Virus record (IMG/VR): IMGVR_UViG_3300021426_000066 | Direction: 5' to 3' (one strand) | DNA length: 64,000 bases | Source: a virus | Lineage: Duplodnaviria; Caudoviricetes | Shown: positions 59,468 to 64,000 of the stretch, piece by piece | How the letters are laid out: each line of letters opens with the position of its first letter | Position numbering within the stretch: the stretch's first letter is position 1 | Notes under the pieces: generated by a model | Databases searched by the model: none | Told to the model about the DNA's origin: nothing | The model's input: only the letters and a program-made list of their open reading frames with translations | Translations under genes and position numbers: made by a program

Positions 59468-61033
59468 TTATCCATTAGATTTATCACGAGACTCTGCACT
59501 AGCATCTCCATTATCTGTCGGCTCTGTAGAAGTTGGCCTGCCACCAGTAACAGGATCCGTACCGTCAGTAACAATGCCAGAATTGGTGAAAGAAGAATTA
59601 AGCGGATACACCATAATATCTTGAAGCTTGAGAACCTCGTTTTCCAAGAAGGAAAGTCCAAGAGTATCCAACTCACTAAAACCGTTAAGTGTCATATAAG
59701 CTAACTTAGTCGGTAATGAATACTGTGCGGCCTTAAGCATGTCTTCCTTATACTGCTGTCTTGTGTAAACAGAGACAGGCATAAATTTAACCAAACAAGG
59801 GTTACTGCATAAATACCCAAGTTGTCTATTCACAAATGCTTGCGTCTGAGGAAGAAGAGAAGAAATTGCAAATTCTGTATTTGCCACCTGAGAATATCTA
59901 AATGCCTCTGCGCCAGAAATTGTTTCTCCATTTAGAATCTCTGCGCCACCTGTAGTATTTAACACAGTTTTAGTCGCATTAGATACTTTAGTTGTATCTC
60001 CCGCTGTCTGGTCCTCAAAGCCAATTGAATTTAACTTCCCTGGTACAATAGCGGCACTAATATAATCTGGTAATGCTTCATTAATCATTCTCTGAAAATA
60101 AGCAAGCATCAATTCTGGATTAACTTTCCAGTCATCAACATCTTCACCAATTGTTTCCATCTGAAGCCAGATCATCTTATAAATTTCCTGTTCATCAGCA
60201 ATTGCTTGAATATCTTCCAAATCCGCCAAATTGATTAATGCATTGAATGCCGCCAAGAAAGGTGGAAGGACAGTCTCATAATCTTCGTATCTGTACTTAA
60301 GACAGATGGCATATTCATCTGGTACAGGTTGCCATTTTTGATTTGTTTTTATGTATTCCTTATACATGGCATCAAACGGTTCAGGAATATACTCAATTAA
60401 TTCCTGACGAGAGCGAAGATAAGTCATATCCATACTAATAGCAAAATCTCCAGTCATATATTTCCCATCAATTCTTGCGTAGTTGGCAGGAATTTGCCAA
60501 ATAAACACCCCTGTTTCGTCTATAAGATATATTCCATAAAACACATCTTGAACAAAACAAGTAAGATAAATACTATAAAATTCCTGTTGCAAATGCATTC
60601 TTTCAACCCAATCAAGAGTGTCCTGATAAGATTTAAGAGTTTTTTGAGGATCAGGAATTTTAATCAAATCATACTTCGGTATTATAGACCGAGCATTGAG
60701 ATAAAACATATTTGCATAAAAATGACAAAGCCTCATATAAGTCATAGACCTATAAAAAAGATACCACGAAAGATTACGAAGGTTCTGTTCATTTGCACCA
60801 AGGTTTCGCATATACTGCCTAAGCAACTCTTTATTAAAGACACTAATGCTTTTAGTTTGAGTTTGGTTAATATCTCTTAAACGAACAGCCTCTTTATGAG
60901 CTTCGTCATATTTCGCAAGCTGCGACTCATATTTTTGAATTAACTCTTTCTGTTGAGCCACAGTCAGTTTCTTTCCATTATTGGTTGCCGAAGATGCCGA
61001 GGCTTTCTTCGGAGAAGTGTTTTCTTTCGCCAT
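59468..61033 (-). CDS. Portal protein
   Basis: About 520 aa, directly after TerL; C-terminal 'PLNSSFT…GGRPT' tail; ATG 61033 after AGGAGG. Confidence 0.8.
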   Translation of the reverse strand: MAKENTSPKKASASSATNNGKKLTVAQQKELIQKYESQLAKYDEAHKEAVRLRDINQTQTKSISVFNKELLRQYMRNLGANEQNLRNLSWYLFYRSMTYMRLCHFYANMFYLNARSIIPKYDLIKIPDPQKTLKSYQDTLDWVERMHLQQEFYSIYLTCFVQDVFYGIYLIDETGVFIWQIPANYARIDGKYMTGDFAISMDMTYLRSRQELIEYIPEPFDAMYKEYIKTNQKWQPVPDEYAICLKYRYEDYETVLPPFLAAFNALINLADLEDIQAIADEQEIYKMIWLQMETIGEDVDDWKVNPELMLAYFQRMINEALPDYISAAIVPGKLNSIGFEDQTAGDTTKVSNATKTVLNTTGGAEILNGETISGAEAFRYSQVANTEFAISSLLPQTQAFVNRQLGYLCSNPCLVKFMPVSVYTRQQYKEDMLKAAQYSLPTKLAYMTLNGFSELDTLGLSFLENEVLKLQDIMVYPLNSSFTNSGIVTDGTDPVTGGRPTSTEPTDNGDASAESRDKSNG

Positions 61034-61058
61034 AGACACCTCCTAGTTTCTATTTGTT

Positions 61059-63104
61059 TTATGTCCAACTTGATTCTCTTTTCATTGGCCTAATGATCAA
61101 AGAATCAAGTAATGATTTATTATTAGTGGTGGTACGCTTTTGAGTAAGATGCTTTCTACGCTCTTGCTGAAGAGCATAGGCAAGCAGACAGGCTGTATAG
61201 AATCTATCGTCATGCAATTTTCCTGCCTTTTCTGGTGCAAGATCAAATGAGTCTCTTCCAGAATCTCGCTTCTTACGCACAATATTTACTATTTCTTCTT
61301 TCATGGCATCAATATTAGCCAAAGCTAATTCTTCTTGCCAATCAAGCTTAATGGTTCTTGTAGACACAGACTGAACTTTAGACAACTCTGCTTCAAATTG
61401 TTCTTCAAACTGTTCTTTACTCAATTTTTTCTTTTTGAGTTTTTTCTTGATATCGGCTTTTGCTTTTTCCAATTTTTCTTCATCGACATCAAAAACCGTC
61501 AAATATCCTTTATTGTCATATGGAGCAGTAAAGCTGATCTTATTTTGATTGGTTAACTCAATCAATGCCTCCGCCATCTCTGATTTATACGCAGTCGGAG
61601 ACATCAAATGTAATTTATTAACAGCATTTGGAAATCTCTTTACATACTCAGCAGAATAATCTTTATCAATTAGTCCTCTATGTAGTTTTCCCGATTTATC
61701 TGCCCAGTCTTCCATCAAGAAGTCAGCAATATTAACGCCGCCTCCACCAGATCCTGCATCAATATAAATTCCAATAATATTCCCATACGCATCTAAGCCA
61801 GCATTATATTCAAGAATCAATTCTTTTAAATATTTTATTTGATCTGGAGTCTGCATAGGAGATTTTATCTTTTTGCCTATATCCATAAGATTAACACAAT
61901 TACATATCCGCATTTTTATGTCATCGTCACCATTAACATCCGTATCATGATAAATTTCACCTACGGATATGACACTATTATCTCTGGACCGTGCAGGGTC
62001 ATAAGCAATTACAAACTTTTTGTCACCAGTATCGTTAGATAATAAAGGTCTACGGGTTTCCTCGTTTCTAGTAATTGTTCCTCTACGGATAATAGCATCT
62101 GCACCCAAATCTGTAGTAAAAATACAATAATACTCACGCCTAGCCTTTTCTGGGTTTCTTCGCATCTCAGACTCAACAGTAGACCGAGAAAGAAGAGGAG
62201 CAATTAATTCACCATGTAACGTAGGCTTAAAAGCCTGTTCACAATCTATATGTAAAACAGCGAAATCCCTATTACCCATAATTTGCTGTTTTGAAAAATC
62301 TCTATACAACTTATAAAATTCTGTATCCGTGCTAGATGCAGAAGATATATAAAATTTTTGATATGGAAGATTTGTCGCAAAAGTTCTCTGTCTTACAGGA
62401 TCAATAGATTTTCCAGACGAATCTTTGCCAGTTTTTAAACTCTTATTAGTTACAGCAAAAGCACCATAAACAGCTAACATTTCGCTTGACAGAAAACCAC
62501 ATTCATCAAATATAACAGTCCCACGAGCGCCACGCTTGGCATCTACGTTACTATTTAATGTGACTGTCTGCGAACCATTGTATAAGTTATAAGAAAAACC
62601 ATTTGATGAGTGACTAAAACCGTCACCAGATGCATTCTTAATTTCCACTTCATCTTTAAAAATATATCCAGTTGAGCCACTAAAGGTATCAATATTATCA
62701 TTGGCGAGTTTTTCCAGAGTGGTAAACGTTTGTTCTGCCTGTCCACCCGTACCACTAGCTATATACGTCCATACATTACAAAACGCCATATCCTTAGCCA
62801 TTGTTTCTAAATCAATAACTGTGGATTTCCCATAGGATCTGGTACATACATACAGTACATTAGGACAGAACCACGATCTTTGTACCATTAATGCCTGCCC
62901 ATCTAACAATTCAATATTGAACATAATGTCAATCATCTGGACAGGATTACACTGAAAATATTTTTGCATTTTAGCTATTTCCAATAAACCGTCAATTTTC
63001 CGTTGAGATAAAGGATAATTAATCGGTTTCACAAATACACCGTAGTCTTTATAGAAATCTTTATCATAATCATCAGGAACCCATATATTATTTTGAGTCA
63101 GCAT
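61059..63104 (-). CDS. terL: Terminase large subunit
   Basis: Walker A 'TRSYGKS', 'RGARG', Walker B 'VIFDE', coupling motif 'ISSA', nuclease 'AYDPAR…D' and 'HDDRF'; likely start ATG 63104 after GAGGAGG. Confidence 0.93.
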   Translation of the reverse strand: MLTQNNIWVPDDYDKDFYKDYGVFVKPINYPLSQRKIDGLLEIAKMQKYFQCNPVQMIDIMFNIELLDGQALMVQRSWFCPNVLYVCTRSYGKSTVIDLETMAKDMAFCNVWTYIASGTGGQAEQTFTTLEKLANDNIDTFSGSTGYIFKDEVEIKNASGDGFSHSSNGFSYNLYNGSQTVTLNSNVDAKRGARGTVIFDECGFLSSEMLAVYGAFAVTNKSLKTGKDSSGKSIDPVRQRTFATNLPYQKFYISSASSTDTEFYKLYRDFSKQQIMGNRDFAVLHIDCEQAFKPTLHGELIAPLLSRSTVESEMRRNPEKARREYYCIFTTDLGADAIIRRGTITRNEETRRPLLSNDTGDKKFVIAYDPARSRDNSVISVGEIYHDTDVNGDDDIKMRICNCVNLMDIGKKIKSPMQTPDQIKYLKELILEYNAGLDAYGNIIGIYIDAGSGGGGVNIADFLMEDWADKSGKLHRGLIDKDYSAEYVKRFPNAVNKLHLMSPTAYKSEMAEALIELTNQNKISFTAPYDNKGYLTVFDVDEEKLEKAKADIKKKLKKKKLSKEQFEEQFEAELSKVQSVSTRTIKLDWQEELALANIDAMKEEIVNIVRKKRDSGRDSFDLAPEKAGKLHDDRFYTACLLAYALQQERRKHLTQKRTTTNNKSLLDSLIIRPMKRESSWT

Positions 63105-63999
63105 CCTCAGACACCTCCTCATCTTCAGCAGCGGCAAAGATTGAATAAATCTCTTTTAAATTGGTATACTGCTTATCTGGCTGCATATTGTTCTCTTCCA
63201 GATAGTCTTTTAAATCTAAATTTTCCTGAAGTAAAATTCTATTAATTTCTTTATACTGATCTTTTTCGTTGCGAAGATTAACAATGACTTCTCGCATTTC
63301 AGCAACCATATCAGACCATTCTGATTCGTCTAATGCCAATTGCTTCATAATAGATGCATCACTTAATTCTTGAACCTGTTGCATCCCCCGACAAGTCTGA
63401 ATATCAAAGCCATTAACATGTGCAGACCTTAAATTCAAATCTCGTATTTTTTTGATTTTACCAGTCCAAGTGTTCTCACCTTTCTTGGCATTTTTACTAT
63501 TTTTTAAACTGATACAGCTTTCAGCGGCTAAATCTTTTATCTGGGCAACAATTTTAGCCTTACTTTCCTGTAAACTTTTTACCGTAGCAGAATTATTAGC
63601 TGTCTGATTTCTATCCCCAGTAAGTGTTGCAATACTATTATCTATTTTTTGTTGCTGAAGAAAGTTGCGTACTATCGCTATGCAACTAGCAGTCCGCATC
63701 ATATCGTCATTTCCACTTTCATCAGCATCTAATAATCCCAATAACTGCGAGTATAAAAAAGGTTGATCAGAAATAGATTCATCCTCAAACGGATCATAAG
63801 AAAGCAATCTGACCACATCCGCTTTATTCTTGAGAAAATCAGAATAGGTATCCTGATCCTCACGCCCTTTTATTACATCTTCAGCAGTTTTTTCATCTTC
63901 ATATACAATATGCTCTTTAAACATATCTGAATCCCGCCAACCAAGTCCAGTTTGTTGCGGAAGAGCAGAATTTTTAACTAATGAAGTCCATACATTATT
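63088..63999 (-). CDS. Probable terminase small subunit-like protein, 5'-truncated by window edge
   Basis: Frame stays open from 63924 to the window end; helical protein overlapping the TerL start. Confidence 0.5.
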   Translation of the reverse strand, partial: NNVWTSLVKNSALPQQTGLGWRDSDMFKEHIVYEDEKTAEDVIKGREDQDTYSDFLKNKADVVRLLSYDPFEDESISDQPFLYSQLLGLLDADESGNDDMMRTASCIAIVRNFLQQQKIDNSIATLTGDRNQTANNSATVKSLQESKAKIVAQIKDLAAESCISLKNSKNAKKGENTWTGKIKKIRDLNLRSAHVNGFDIQTCRGMQQVQELSDASIMKQLALDESEWSDMVAEMREVIVNLRNEKDQYKEINRILLQENLDLKDYLEENNMQPDKQYTNLKEIYSIFAAAEDEEVSEDADSK

Positions 64000-64000
64000 T

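Noticed and set aside
59377-59676. 99-aa ORF overlapping the portal end
   Set aside because: Out-of-frame overlap with portal; the 58-aa ORF 59280-59456 has a proper RBS and fills the gap better
61059-63104. Possible intein or intron in terminase large subunit
   Set aside because: ATPase and nuclease motifs are continuous with no intein-like termini or LAGLIDADG blocks; only a short Lys/Glu-rich insertion
1-64000. tRNA genes, CRISPR array, integrase, invertase-flanked cassette or reverse transcriptase
   Set aside because: None recognised; intergenic gaps are short and accounted for by introns, hairpins and RBSs (by-eye inspection only)

Overview
A 64-kb stretch of a large tailed dsDNA phage (siphovirus type; probable Firmicutes/Clostridia host, from the AGGAGG RBS usage and the GH25/LL-H holin lysis genes). 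It carries the whole morphogenesis and lysis module, every credible gene on the minus strand. Reading from 64000 down: partial terminase-small-like gene, TerL, portal, prohead protease/scaffold, decoration protein, major capsid, head-tail connectors, major tail protein. An accessory island follows (MT-A70 methyltransferase, RusA-like resolvase, free-standing PD-(D/E)XK endonuclease, two paralogous chaperone-like genes, PAPS-reductase-family protein), then tape measure, Tal, Dit, several baseplate/fibre genes, a 3064-aa tail fibre, endolysin and two holin-like genes. Gene order resembles SPbeta-like large siphoviruses (inference). The main hidden structure is two ORF-less group I introns (20112-20385 and 41209-41581) that split two giant genes the ORF track shows as four ORFs. 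Splicing gives a 3638-aa tape measure protein and a 2339-aa baseplate-type protein carrying a CotH-like kinase domain, leucine-rich repeats and lectin-like domains; the intron sits in the kinase Gly-loop. Also seen: a nested scaffold start, large-loop attenuator-like leaders ahead of the modification-type genes, an RBS-sequestering switch, and a bacterial surface-protein-type helical repeat shared by scaffold and tape measure. All family assignments come from motif recognition by eye; no searches were run.
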